From the NCBI GenBank assembly GCA_017882745.1, contig JADGOX010000305.1:1-53826 (forward strand): a DNA stretch of 53,826 bases. The letters are read 5' to 3'. A model generated the notes under the pieces. The model saw nothing but the letters and a program-made list of their open reading frames with translations, was not told where the DNA came from and searched no databases. This DNA is from Mycobacteriaceae bacterium. Lineage in GTDB: Bacteria > Actinomycetota > Actinomycetes > Mycobacteriales > Mycobacteriaceae. Numbering within the stretch: the first letter of the stretch is position 1; each line of letters begins with the position of its first letter. Both the position numbers and the translations under genes were made by a program. Below are positions 37,793 through 48,015 of this stretch, piece by piece.

Positions 37793-39046
37793 ATGCCATC
37801 TGCACAGGAAAGCATCGATCCGAGCACGGTGCTGCGCAACTACCTGCCTCGTGACCTCACCAGGTCGGTTCTCGCACGGATACCGCTGGTGACCATCGTG
37901 CTGGACATCGTCGGTCGCGGACGGTGGACGCTGCGCATCGAACACGGCGAGGTCAGCCTCATCGTGGGCGCGATGTCGCACCCCACGTGCAGCATCCGCA
38001 CGGACGCCGCCACCCTCGCGGACATGCTGCTGGGGCGCCGCAGCGGTGTCGACGCATTTCTGGCCGGCGACCTCATTGCCCGCGGCAGCCTCGCCACCGT
38101 CCTGCAGATCGGCGGCGCGTTCGCGCCCGAAGCAGATCTGCCCACCAGAGCCCACTCCCGCGAGGTCAGCGCGCTCGGCATTCGGACCGGCTATCTCGAG
38201 GCGGGCCCGCCCGACGGGCGCCCAGTGGTGCTGCTTCACGGACTCGGCGCCACCAACGCCTCGATGCTCCCCGTTCTTGCCGACCTGGCGAAGGACCATC
38301 GGGTCATCTCGCCGGACACCCCCGGCTTCGGTTCGTCCGAGGCCCCGTCGTGGCGCTATACAGCGGACCAGCTCTACCGCTGGCTGCGCTCCTTCCTGGA
38401 TGCGGTCGATGCGCGGGGTGCCGTGGTGATCGGAAACTCACTCGGGGGCCGCCTGGCGCTCGAGCTGGCGCTGCGCGACCCGGAGGCGGTGGACCGACTG
38501 GTACTCCTCTGCGCCGCACCAGCGTTCCGCCGTTTCCGTCAGCTGGCCCCCCTGGCCAGTATCCTTCCCGTCGACCTCGCCCGCCTACCGCCCTTCGGAC
38601 CGCCCCGGGCCGTCCTGGTGCGTGGCCTCAAAGCGATGTTCGCCGATCCCAGCAGGCTCCCGAAGAGCTGGTATGACTCAGCCATCGACGAGTTCCTGAT
38701 CGCCATGAAAGATCCGGGCCACCGGCGAGCAGCGCTCTCGGCCACACTCAACATCTACACCGACGAACCCTTCGGCGAGAGCGGGTTCTGGGATCGCCTG
38801 CCCGAATTGGCACCGCCAGCGCTGTTCATCTGGGGTGCGGCCGACCGACTCGTGTCACCCAAGTTCGCCCGCTACGTCTCCGAGGCACTGCCCCAGGCGG
38901 AGTCGGTCGTCATCCCCGACTGCGGTCACGTTCCGCAGTTCGAGCTGCCGGAGCTGACCATGCGCCTGACTCGTAGCTTTCTGTCCACCGGTCGACGACA
39001 CATCCCGGCGGACCGCGTTCTGCGCCAATGGAAGAAGGAATCCTGA
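37793..39046 (+). CDS. SCP2 domain + alpha/beta hydrolase fusion
   Basis: N-terminal GRGRWTLRI..PTCSI..AFLAGDLIARG (SCP2-like); LLHGLG, GNSLGG, WGAADRLV, CGHVPQFE. Confidence 0.82.
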   Translation: MPSAQESIDPSTVLRNYLPRDLTRSVLARIPLVTIVLDIVGRGRWTLRIEHGEVSLIVGAMSHPTCSIRTDAATLADMLLGRRSGVDAFLAGDLIARGSLATVLQIGGAFAPEADLPTRAHSREVSALGIRTGYLEAGPPDGRPVVLLHGLGATNASMLPVLADLAKDHRVISPDTPGFGSSEAPSWRYTADQLYRWLRSFLDAVDARGAVVIGNSLGGRLALELALRDPEAVDRLVLLCAAPAFRRFRQLAPLASILPVDLARLPPFGPPRAVLVRGLKAMFADPSRLPKSWYDSAIDEFLIAMKDPGHRRAALSATLNIYTDEPFGESGFWDRLPELAPPALFIWGAADRLVSPKFARYVSEALPQAESVVIPDCGHVPQFELPELTMRLTRSFLSTGRRHIPADRVLRQWKKES

Positions 39047-39684
39047 TGCAGCTCACGCACTTCGGCCACTCGTGCCTTCTCGTGGAGCTCGAAGGCACCC
39101 GCCTGCTGATCGACCCTGGCACCTTCGCTGGCGGCTTCACCCAGCTCACCGGCCTCGATGCGGTACTCGTGACGCATCACCACCCCGACCATGTCGACAT
39201 CGACGCCCTCCCAGCACTGCTCCGAGGCAACCCCGATGCAGCACTGCTGGCCGATCCGACGACCGCCGCACAGCTCGGCGACCCATGGACCGCCGTGAAT
39301 CCGGGTGAGCAGGTGCAGGTAGGACCGGTGCAGGTACGGGTGGAAGGTGGCCGGCACGCGGTCATCCACCCGGACCTACCGGTCGTGGACAACGTCGCCT
39401 ACCTGCTGGGCACCGCCGGCCAGCCGAACCAGCTGCTGCATCCAGGCGACTCCTTCCACGTGCCGGATGTGCCCGTCGACGTCTTGGCCTTACCGACCGG
39501 GGCACCCTGGCTGAAGATCTCCGAGGCCGTTGACTACCTGCGGGCAGTAGCACCCAGGGTTGCAGTACCCATCCATCAGGCGGTGCTGGCCAATCCCGCG
39601 ATGCACTACCGGCTACTCCGCTTGCTGAAGCCCGAGGCCACCGAGTTTCAGGAGCTCCCCGAGGGTGCTGCCGCTCAGATGTGA
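39046..39684 (+). CDS. MBL-fold metallo-hydrolase
   Basis: GHSCLLVE, IDPG, THHHPDH, HPGDS, VPIHQA. Confidence 0.9.
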   Translation: MQLTHFGHSCLLVELEGTRLLIDPGTFAGGFTQLTGLDAVLVTHHHPDHVDIDALPALLRGNPDAALLADPTTAAQLGDPWTAVNPGEQVQVGPVQVRVEGGRHAVIHPDLPVVDNVAYLLGTAGQPNQLLHPGDSFHVPDVPVDVLALPTGAPWLKISEAVDYLRAVAPRVAVPIHQAVLANPAMHYRLLRLLKPEATEFQELPEGAAAQM

Positions 39685-39686
39685 GC

Positions 39687-40379
39687 TCACGCCGCCCGTC
39701 GCACTGCCGCGAGCTGGTACCGCAGCGGCACGGCCCCATGGTGCAGCGCCAGGTCCAGCGCGTCGAGCACCGCCTGGCGCGGGCCCGAGCGTGACAGGTG
39801 CTTGGCGTCGAGACTCACCCGCACCAGCCCACCACGACGCGCGATGCGACCGGCGCCCATGACCATGGCCCGACACCACCAGGGCTCGGTCTTGTTCCCG
39901 CCACCCACACCGAGTACCCGTGAGCGCAGCACGGCGCCGGTGCGCAGGTCGCGGACCGCCGTGAGGTCGGCGCACAACGCGAAGCCGATACGCGGCAGGG
40001 CCGCCAACGCACCTGGCGATGCCACCCAGCGCGGCGGGGCGAACAACCTGGTGCGCAAACCCACCGCCTCCAGGACACGATCGGCCGCGGTCAGCCGGAG
40101 TGCCGCCTCGTGCTCGGGCAGCGTGGCGAACTCGGCGCGGCGGCGCTTGACGGAAGCCTGGTCGTACCCGTGCAACAGGATGGCGTCACCGCGGCCCTTG
40201 CGCCCGTGCAGCCACTCCAGCGTCGCGGCGTCCTCGGCGAGCCGGTAGCCGCCCTTGAGCCGCGGCGCCACCAGCAGGGACAGCGGCACCCCGCGGTCGT
40301 CGAGTTCCGTGGCGAGTTCCGCCGCGTCATCGAGAGTGTCAGCGCGGATACCGGACAGCGAGACGATCACTGAGGCCAC
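39687..40379 (-). CDS. DUF2334 / deacetylase-like protein
   Basis: IVSLSGI, SLLVAPRL, LHGYDQ, RAEFATLPEHEA, FAPPRW. Confidence 0.78.
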   Translation of the reverse strand: MASVIVSLSGIRADTLDDAAELATELDDRGVPLSLLVAPRLKGGYRLAEDAATLEWLHGRKGRGDAILLHGYDQASVKRRRAEFATLPEHEAALRLTAADRVLEAVGLRTRLFAPPRWVASPGALAALPRIGFALCADLTAVRDLRTGAVLRSRVLGVGGGNKTEPWWCRAMVMGAGRIARRGGLVRVSLDAKHLSRSGPRQAVLDALDLALHHGAVPLRYQLAAVRRAA

Positions 40380-40447
40380 ACCGAAAGGAGACTCCCCCGA
40401 GATGAACTCCAGCACCCAGTCCCATGGCCCTCGACTGAACTCTGCGT

Positions 40448-41335
40448 TTAGGGCTGAAGCCAGTCGTCGAAGGACAGCCCGGACACCCGCTCGTAAGCCT
40501 CGACATAGCGTGATCGCGTGGCCGTGACGACCTCCTCGGGCAGTGCGGGCGGCGGCGCGTCACCGTGCCGGTCCCACCCGGACGTCGGCCCGGTGAGCCA
40601 GTCCCGCACGTACTGCTTGTCGAAGCTCGGCTGTACGTGCCCGGCCTCGAAGCCCTCCAGCGGCCAGAAGCGCGAGGAGTCAGGGGTGAGCACCTCGTCG
40701 CCCAGCACCAGCGTGCCGTCGGCGTCGCGCCCGAACTCGAGCTTGGTGTCGGCCAGCACCAGGCTTCGCTCCGCGAGGTGTGCCGCAGCGCGTGAGTAGA
40801 TGTCGAGCGTTGCCGTGCGCAGTTGCTCGGCCAGCTCTGCTCCCACCTGAGTAACCACGGCGTCGAAGTCCACGTTCTCGTCGTGCTCACCGAGCGCGGC
40901 CTTGGTGGCCGGGGTGAAGATGGGCTCCGGCAAGCGGCTGGCCTCGGTCAGTCCGGCGGGCAAGGGCACTCCGCACACCGCACCGGTTGCCCGGTAGTCG
41001 ACCAGCCCGGAGCCGGTGAGGTACCCGCGGGCCACACACTCCACCGGCACCATGTCGAGCTTGCGCACCAGCAGCGCCCGCCCGAGCAGCTCCGCGGGGA
41101 TGCGCTCGTCATCCGGCGGGCCGGCCAGGTGGTTGTTGCCGCCGAGCAGCCCGAAGAAGAACACGCTCATTGCCGTGAGCACCCGGCCCTTGTCCGGAAT
41201 CGCCGTCGGCAACACGTGGTCGTAGGCGGAGATCCGGTCCGAGGCGACGAACAACAGATGCTCGGCGTCCACGGCGTAGAGGTCACGGACCTTGCCGCCA
41301 GCGACGTGGCTGTAGTCAGCGAGTTGTGGGCGCAC
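40448..41335 (-). CDS. purC: SAICAR synthase
   Basis: [54 protein letters not shown]. Confidence 0.96.
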   Translation of the reverse strand: MRPQLADYSHVAGGKVRDLYAVDAEHLLFVASDRISAYDHVLPTAIPDKGRVLTAMSVFFFGLLGGNNHLAGPPDDERIPAELLGRALLVRKLDMVPVECVARGYLTGSGLVDYRATGAVCGVPLPAGLTEASRLPEPIFTPATKAALGEHDENVDFDAVVTQVGAELAEQLRTATLDIYSRAAAHLAERSLVLADTKLEFGRDADGTLVLGDEVLTPDSSRFWPLEGFEAGHVQPSFDKQYVRDWLTGPTSGWDRHGDAPPPALPEEVVTATRSRYVEAYERVSGLSFDDWLQP

Positions 41336-41417
41336 AGTGCAGAAGCCTATCCGGCGACGGCTCGCGCGGGACCTGTGGACAAGGAATTCCGGGGGCACCG
41401 CGTGAGTTGCCACCAGA

Positions 41418-42938
41418 GTGACCACCGAGACCGCACGCGGGAGTGGCATCGGCTTCCGCTCCGAGCGCGGGCCCGTGCTCATTGCCCTCATGCTGAGCAC
41501 CGCACTGGTCGCCCTGGACAGCACGATCATCGCGACAGCGGTGCCCTCGGTGGTGCGGGATCTTGGCGGCTTCTCGCAGTTCCCCTGGCTGTTCTCCCTC
41601 TACCTGCTGGCCCAAGCCGTCTCGGTCCCCATCTACGGCAAGCTGGCGGACCAGTTCGGCCGCAAGCCCGTGCTGTACTTCGGCATCGGACTTTTCCTCC
41701 TTGGCTCCGTCCTCTGCGGTTTCGCATGGAGCATGCCGGCACTGATCGCCGCACGGGCCGTACAGGGCCTGGGCGCCGGTGCGGTCCAGCCGATGGGGAT
41801 CACGATCGCCGGCGACCTGTACTCGGTGGCCGAGCGCGCGCGGGTGCAGGGCTACCTGGCCAGCGTGTGGGGCGCGGCGGCCGTAGTTGGACCCACCCTG
41901 GGAGGAGTGTTCTCCGAGTACCTGTCGTGGCGGTGGATCTTCTTCGTCAACCTGCCGATCGGCGCCGTCGCGGTGTGGATGCTGCACCGGCACCTGCATG
42001 AGACGGTGCACCAACGCAAGCACACCATCGACTACGCGGGTGCCGTGCTGCTCGCCGTCGGCTGCTCGCTGCTGATCCTCGGCCTACTCGAGGGCGGTGT
42101 GGCCTGGAGCTGGGGGTCCCCGGTGAGCGTGGGGATCTTTGTCCTGGGAGCGATCCTCGTCGCCGCCTTCTTCCTGGTGGAGAAACAGGCCGCGGAACCC
42201 GTGCTGCCCCTGTGGGTGTTCACGCGTCGGGTGCTTGCCGGAAGCAGCCTCGTCGCGGTCGGTGTCGGAGCGGTGGTGATCGGGCTCAGCTCCTACGTCC
42301 CCACATACGCGCAGGGCGTGCTGGGCAGTGGACCGGTGGTCGCCGGTTTCGCCGTGGCGGCGCTGACCCTCGGATGGCCCTTGGCGGCCGCGCTCGCCGG
42401 TCGCGTCTACCTGCGCATCGGGTTCCGGGACACCGCACTGATCGGCATGGTCTTCGTACTGGCGGGGGCGGTGCTGACACTGGGGCTGGGCGCGGGGTCC
42501 GGCGTGTGGGAGGTGGCGGGGGCCTGCTTCACCGTGGGAGTGGGGCTCGGCCTGGTGTCCAGCCCGACTGTGGTGGCTGCCCAGTCGGTGGTCGGCTGGG
42601 AACGACGGGGCGTGGTCACCGGGACCAACATGTTCAGCCGTTCCCTGGGCAGCGCCGTCGGGGTCGCGGTGCTCGGCGCGGTGGCCAACGCCGTCCTGGC
42701 CCACCGCTACACCAGTGCGCCGGACGCCCTCGCCGGGCAACTGCCGGTGAACTCCAATGGCACCAGCGCCGTGCTCGACGGCAGTGCAGGGTCCACGCCG
42801 GCACTGCATGAGTTCGTCCGCGTCGCCCTCAGCGACGCCACCCACTACGTGTTTCTCAGCCTCGCGGTGGTGGCGGTGCTGATGGTCGGCGCTGTTCTGC
42901 TCATGCCGCGCCGGACCCGCGAGCTGACTTTTCTCTGA
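41418..42938 (+). CDS. 14-TM MFS drug/H+ antiporter (DHA2-like)
   Basis: [38 protein letters not shown]. Confidence 0.9.
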   Translation: MTTETARGSGIGFRSERGPVLIALMLSTALVALDSTIIATAVPSVVRDLGGFSQFPWLFSLYLLAQAVSVPIYGKLADQFGRKPVLYFGIGLFLLGSVLCGFAWSMPALIAARAVQGLGAGAVQPMGITIAGDLYSVAERARVQGYLASVWGAAAVVGPTLGGVFSEYLSWRWIFFVNLPIGAVAVWMLHRHLHETVHQRKHTIDYAGAVLLAVGCSLLILGLLEGGVAWSWGSPVSVGIFVLGAILVAAFFLVEKQAAEPVLPLWVFTRRVLAGSSLVAVGVGAVVIGLSSYVPTYAQGVLGSGPVVAGFAVAALTLGWPLAAALAGRVYLRIGFRDTALIGMVFVLAGAVLTLGLGAGSGVWEVAGACFTVGVGLGLVSSPTVVAAQSVVGWERRGVVTGTNMFSRSLGSAVGVAVLGAVANAVLAHRYTSAPDALAGQLPVNSNGTSAVLDGSAGSTPALHEFVRVALSDATHYVFLSLAVVAVLMVGAVLLMPRRTRELTFL

Positions 42939-43067
42939 CCCGCTTGCGCGGTCGAGTCCGGTGACGCCCGACACCCGCGAAAAGTGGCATCGCTCCTACC
43001 AATTTCACCGCCTTGCTGACAGTGTGTGACGCGAAGGTTGGTCGTTGGTCTCGTCCTTGGAGTACTC

Positions 43068-44288
43068 ATGAACATCACAGACCATGGCCATACCCAGGAC
43101 CCACCCGAGGCTTCGCAGCTGGGGCAGGCCACGCGCATGCTGTCGCTGGCCACCGTGGGCTTCCTCATCAACTTCTGGGCGTGGGCACTGATCGGCCCGC
43201 TGGGCCCCACCTTCGGCAAAGAGCTCCACCTGACTTCCCTGCAGCAGTCGCTCTTGGTAGCGCTGCCGGTTGTGGTGGGGTCGCTGGGCCGCATTCCGGT
43301 AGGGGCCCTGACCGATCGCTTCGGTGCCCGGGTGATGTTTCCCGCGGTGAGCGCACTGACCATCTTCCCCGTGTTGTTCGTTGGTCTCGGGGGCAACTCC
43401 TACGTGCGGCTGCTCATCGGCGGCTTCTTCCTAGGCATCGGCGGTACCGCCTTCGCGGTGGGGGTCCCGCTGGTCAACTCGTGGTTCCCGCCGGCACGAC
43501 GCGGCCTGGCGATCGGCATCTTCGGGGCAGGCACCGGCGGCACCGCCGTCTCGGCGTTCACCACCATCCGCCTGGCTGACGCCTACGGTCGCAGCGCTCC
43601 GTTCATCCTGGTCGCCATCTTGCTGGGGATCTTCACCGTGGTGGCGGCCCTGTTGCTGAGGACTCCGGCAGGACGTCCGGCACCCGGCGGCTCCTTCCTC
43701 GCCCGAACCCTGGCGGCGGTGCGGATGCCCGCCACCGTGCAACTGTCCATGCTCTACGCCGTCGGCTTCGGCGGCTTCGTCGCCTTCAGCGTCTACCTCC
43801 CCACCTCGCTGCGTAACGAGTACGGATTGACCGTGGGAGACGCTGCCGCCCGCACAGCCGGTTTTGTCGTCCTGGCGGTGGCGGCACGCCCCTTCGGCGG
43901 TTGGCTGTCCGACCGGGTGGGCCCCATACCGGTGCTCGGGGTGTCGTTCACGACCGCCGCTCTTTTTGCCCTGCTCACCGCGGGCGGATTCTCGCTCATG
44001 CCTCTTGCCACGATCGGCTACCTCGGGCTGGCGGCAATGCTCGGCGCGGCCTCGGGGGCCTGCTTCGCGCTGGTGGCCAAGGTTGTCCCTGCCGCGCAGG
44101 TCGGCTCGGTCACCGGGGTCGTCGGCGCCGCCGGAGGACTGGGCGGATTCGTACCACCCCTGGTCATGGGCGCACTCTATGGATCGTTCGGCAACTACCG
44201 CATCGGGCTGCTGCTGCTCGCTGTCGTCGCACTCGGCGCCGCCGCACTCACGTGGTGGCCCGTGAAACGTATGGCCCAGGCCTTCTGA
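43068..44288 (+). CDS. narK: Nitrate/nitrite porter (NarK2-like)
   Basis: GRIPVGALTDRFG, FAVGVPLVNSWFP, RPFGGWLSD, GAAGGLGGF nitrate signature. Confidence 0.9.
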   Translation: MNITDHGHTQDPPEASQLGQATRMLSLATVGFLINFWAWALIGPLGPTFGKELHLTSLQQSLLVALPVVVGSLGRIPVGALTDRFGARVMFPAVSALTIFPVLFVGLGGNSYVRLLIGGFFLGIGGTAFAVGVPLVNSWFPPARRGLAIGIFGAGTGGTAVSAFTTIRLADAYGRSAPFILVAILLGIFTVVAALLLRTPAGRPAPGGSFLARTLAAVRMPATVQLSMLYAVGFGGFVAFSVYLPTSLRNEYGLTVGDAAARTAGFVVLAVAARPFGGWLSDRVGPIPVLGVSFTTAALFALLTAGGFSLMPLATIGYLGLAAMLGAASGACFALVAKVVPAAQVGSVTGVVGAAGGLGGFVPPLVMGALYGSFGNYRIGLLLLAVVALGAAALTWWPVKRMAQAF

Positions 44289-44321
44289 CCCTGATCTCGC
44301 TTGACGAACAAGGAGCAGTTC

Positions 44322-47300
44322 ATGACCACCCAGATGGATGGTTCGGCCGTGGAGGCGCTGCTGCGCACCCGCCGGTTCTTCAGCAAGAGGGTGTCGGAGG
44401 ACCTGCGCACCCTGCACCAGATCGGCGGGCGTGATGCGGACACCTTCTACCGCGACCGCTGGTCCCACGACAAGGTCGTGCGCTCCACCCACGGCGTCAA
44501 CTGCACCGGATCCTGCTCGTGGAAGGTGTACGTCAAGGACGGCATCATCACCTGGGAGGCGCAGCAGACCGACTACCCCTCCATCGGGCCGGATCGCCCC
44601 GAGTACGAGCCCCGCGGGTGCCCCCGAGGGGCGGCCTTCTCCTGGTACACGTATTCCCCGACCAGGGTGCGCTACCCGTATGTGCGCGGGATGCTGCTGC
44701 AGATGTACCGCGAGGCAAAGCAACGCCTCGGCGACCCCGTAGACGCCTGGGCGGACATCGTCTCGGACCCGAAGCGCTCCGCTGCCTACAAGGCGGCCCG
44801 CGGCAAGGGTGGCCTGGTGCGGGCCACCTGGGACGAGATGCTGGAGATGATCGCCGCCGCGCACATCCACACCATCGAGACGGAGGGCCCGGACCGCATC
44901 GCGGGCTTCTCCCCGATTCCGGCGATGTCGATGGTCTCTCAGGCGGAGGGCGCCCGGTTCATCTCCCTGCTCGGCGGGACGATGCTGAGCTTCTACGACT
45001 GGTACGCCGACCTCCCGGTGGCCTCACCCCAGGTGTTCGGCGACCAGACCGATGTCCCGGAGTCCGCGGACTGGTGGGATGCCGCGTACCTGATGATGTG
45101 GGGTTCCAACGTCCCCGTCACCCGCACGCCGGACGCCCACTTCATGACCGAGGCCCGCTACCGCGGTCAGAAAGTCGTCGTGGTCTCACCGGACTACGCG
45201 GACAACACCAAGTTCGCTGATGAGTGGCTCGCCCCGCACCCCGGTACGGACGGCGCTCTCGCGATGGCGATGGGTCACGTCATCCTCAAGGAGTTCTTCG
45301 TCGACACACAGACGAAGCCCTTCCACGACTACGTCACCCGCTACACCGACCTGCCGTTCCTCGTCACCCTCACCAAGCGGCAGGGTGCATACGTGCCCGG
45401 CAAGTTCCTCACCGCCGCAGCCTTGGGCGAGACAGCCGAGGGCGCGGAGGCAAAGACGGTGTTGCTGGACACCGAGGGCAACATCGTCGTGCCCAACGGC
45501 TCCCTGGGTTTCCGGTTCACCGAGTCGGGCAAAGGCAAGTGGAACCTCGACCTCGGCGACGTCACACCGATGCTCACGCTGCATGAAGCCGGTGCCCGCA
45601 CAGCCGAGGTGGACCTACCGCGCTTCGACGCTGCGGACGGAACCGGCGACGTGCTGCGCCGCGGGGTGCCCGTACGCGAGATCGGTGGCCAGCTGGTCAC
45701 CACGGTGTTCGACCTGCTGCTCGCCCAGTACGGCGTGAGCCGCGACGGCCTGCCCGGCACCTGGCCCAGTGGCTATGACGACGACGAGCCGTACACGCCG
45801 GCCTGGCAGGAGGGCATCACCTCGGTGCCGGCCGCGACGTGCACCAAGATCGCCCGGGAGTTCGCGAAGAACGCCGAGGAGTCCGGCGGCCGCTCGATGA
45901 TCCTCATGGGCGCCGGCACCAACCACTGGTTCCACTCCGACACGATCTACCGGGCCTTCCTGACACTCACCACACTCACCGGCTGCCAGGGCGTCAACGG
46001 CGGCGGCTGGGCGCACTACGTCGGCCAGGAGAAGGTTCGCCCGCTCACCGGCTACAACCAGGTGGCCAATGCGCTGGACTGGTCGCGTCCGCCCCGGCAG
46101 ATGATCGCCACCGCCTTCTTCTACCTGCACACCTCGCAGTGGCGCTACGACGGCTTCCAGGCCGATGTGCTGTCCTCCCCGCTGGCGGAGGGGCGCTTCA
46201 CCGGCCAATCCACCGCGGACCTCATAGCGCAGTCCGCACGCATGGGCTGGATGCCCTCCTACCCCACCTTCGACCGCAACCCGCTGGACCTGGCTGATGA
46301 AGCCGAAGCGGCGGGCATCTCCCCCGCGGAGCACGTTGTGAACGAGTTGAAGGCGCAACGGCTGCGGTTCGCGTGCGAGGACCCCGACGCGGCAGGCAAC
46401 TCCCCGAAGATCCTCACCGTCTGGCGGTCGAACCTGATCGGCTCCTCGGCCAAGGGCAACGAGTACTTCCTCAAGCACCTCCTGGGTGCGGACAACTCCC
46501 TGCGGGCCGACGAGACCCCGGTGGAGTCCCGACCGCGTGACGTCCGGTGGCGACCGGAAGCACCCAGCGGCAAGCTCGACCTGCTGCTGTCGCTGGACTT
46601 CCGGATGACCAGCACCACACTGTTTTCCGACATCGTGCTGCCCGCGGCCACCTGGTACGAGAAGCACGACCTGTCCAGCACCGACATGCACCCCTTCGTG
46701 CACGCCTTCAACCCCGCCATCGCCCCGCCCTGGCAGACCCGGACCGACTTCGACGCCTTCACCAGCCTCGCCAAGGTGTTCTCCACGATGGCCGCGGAGC
46801 GCCTCGGTACCCGCCGTGACGTCGTGGCCATGCCCTTGGCCCACGACACGATCGACGAGCTGGCCACCCCCGGCGGGGTGGTGCGCGACTGGAAGGCCGG
46901 CGAGTGCGAGCCCGTCCCGGGCAAGACGATGCCCAAGATCGTGGTGGTCGAGCGCGACTACGGGGCGATCGGGGCGAAGATGACCTCCCTTGGTCCGCTC
47001 ATCGAGACCGTGGGCATGGTCACCAAGGGCGTCACCTACCACCCCGAGCCCGAGGTGGAGCTGCTCCGGCACAAGAACGGGACCGTGCACGGCGGACCGG
47101 GTGACGGTCGACCGTCGCTCGCGCGGGACACCGACGTGTGCGAGGCGATCCTCATCCTGTCCGGCACCACCAACGGACGCCTCGGCACCCAGGGTTTCCG
47201 GGCCCTCGAAGAACGCACCGGAGTGACGCTCGCCGACCTCGCGGCCGACAACGAGGGCAAACGGATCACCTTCGCCGACACCCAGTCCCGGCCCACCCCG

Positions 47301-47987
47301 GTGCTCACCTCACCCGAGTGGTCCGGCAGCGAGCACGGCGGCCGGCGGTACTCCCCGTTCACCATCAATGTCGAGCGCCTGAAGCCCTGGCACACCCTCA
47401 CCGGGCGGATGCACTTCTTCCTCGACCACGACTGGATGCACGAGCTCGGCGAAGGGCTACCCGTCTTCCGCCCCCCACTGGACATGCACCAGCTCTTCAA
47501 CGAGCCGCGGCTCGGCGAGGGCGGCCAGACGGAGCTGACGGTCCGCTATCTCACCCCGCACTCCAAGTGGTCGATCCACTCCGAGTACCAGGACAACCTG
47601 CTGATGCTCAGCTTGTCCCGTGGTGGGCCGAATATCTGGATGAGCTCGGTCGACGCGGAGTCCATCGGGATCAGCGACAACGACTGGATCGAGGCGGTGA
47701 ACCGCAACGGCGTCGTTGTCGCCCGCGCCGTGGTGTCCACCCGGATGCCCGCCGGAACGGTGTACATGTACCACGCCCAGGACCGGGTGATCGACGTTCC
47801 GCGCAGTGAGACCAGCGGCAAGCGCGGCGGTACGCACAACTCCGTGACCCGGCTCCTCGTGAAACCCACCCACCTCGTCGGCGGCTACGCCCAGCTGTCG
47901 TTCGCCTTCAACTATCTCGGGCCGACCGGAAACCAGCGCGACGAGGTCACCGTGATCCGCCGTCGCTCACAGGAAGTTGTGTACTGA
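44322..47987 (+). CDS. narG: Respiratory nitrate reductase alpha subunit
   Basis: RSTHGVNCTGSCSW, EPRGCPRG, SFYDWYADLP, TPHSKWSIHS, YLGPTGNQRD. Confidence 0.97.
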   Translation: MTTQMDGSAVEALLRTRRFFSKRVSEDLRTLHQIGGRDADTFYRDRWSHDKVVRSTHGVNCTGSCSWKVYVKDGIITWEAQQTDYPSIGPDRPEYEPRGCPRGAAFSWYTYSPTRVRYPYVRGMLLQMYREAKQRLGDPVDAWADIVSDPKRSAAYKAARGKGGLVRATWDEMLEMIAAAHIHTIETEGPDRIAGFSPIPAMSMVSQAEGARFISLLGGTMLSFYDWYADLPVASPQVFGDQTDVPESADWWDAAYLMMWGSNVPVTRTPDAHFMTEARYRGQKVVVVSPDYADNTKFADEWLAPHPGTDGALAMAMGHVILKEFFVDTQTKPFHDYVTRYTDLPFLVTLTKRQGAYVPGKFLTAAALGETAEGAEAKTVLLDTEGNIVVPNGSLGFRFTESGKGKWNLDLGDVTPMLTLHEAGARTAEVDLPRFDAADGTGDVLRRGVPVREIGGQLVTTVFDLLLAQYGVSRDGLPGTWPSGYDDDEPYTPAWQEGITSVPAATCTKIAREFAKNAEESGGRSMILMGAGTNHWFHSDTIYRAFLTLTTLTGCQGVNGGGWAHYVGQEKVRPLTGYNQVANALDWSRPPRQMIATAFFYLHTSQWRYDGFQADVLSSPLAEGRFTGQSTADLIAQSARMGWMPSYPTFDRNPLDLADEAEAAGISPAEHVVNELKAQRLRFACEDPDAAGNSPKILTVWRSNLIGSSAKGNEYFLKHLLGADNSLRADETPVESRPRDVRWRPEAPSGKLDLLLSLDFRMTSTTLFSDIVLPAATWYEKHDLSSTDMHPFVHAFNPAIAPPWQTRTDFDAFTSLAKVFSTMAAERLGTRRDVVAMPLAHDTIDELATPGGVVRDWKAGECEPVPGKTMPKIVVVERDYGAIGAKMTSLGPLIETVGMVTKGVTYHPEPEVELLRHKNGTVHGGPGDGRPSLARDTDVCEAILILSGTTNGRLGTQGFRALEERTGVTLADLAADNEGKRITFADTQSRPTPVLTSPEWSGSEHGGRRYSPFTINVERLKPWHTLTGRMHFFLDHDWMHELGEGLPVFRPPLDMHQLFNEPRLGEGGQTELTVRYLTPHSKWSIHSEYQDNLLMLSLSRGGPNIWMSSVDAESIGISDNDWIEAVNRNGVVVARAVVSTRMPAGTVYMYHAQDRVIDVPRSETSGKRGGTHNSVTRLLVKPTHLVGGYAQLSFAFNYLGPTGNQRDEVTVIRRRSQEVVY

Positions 47988-48015
47988 TGCCGAATACAGC
48001 TTGCGGAGTGAGCAC

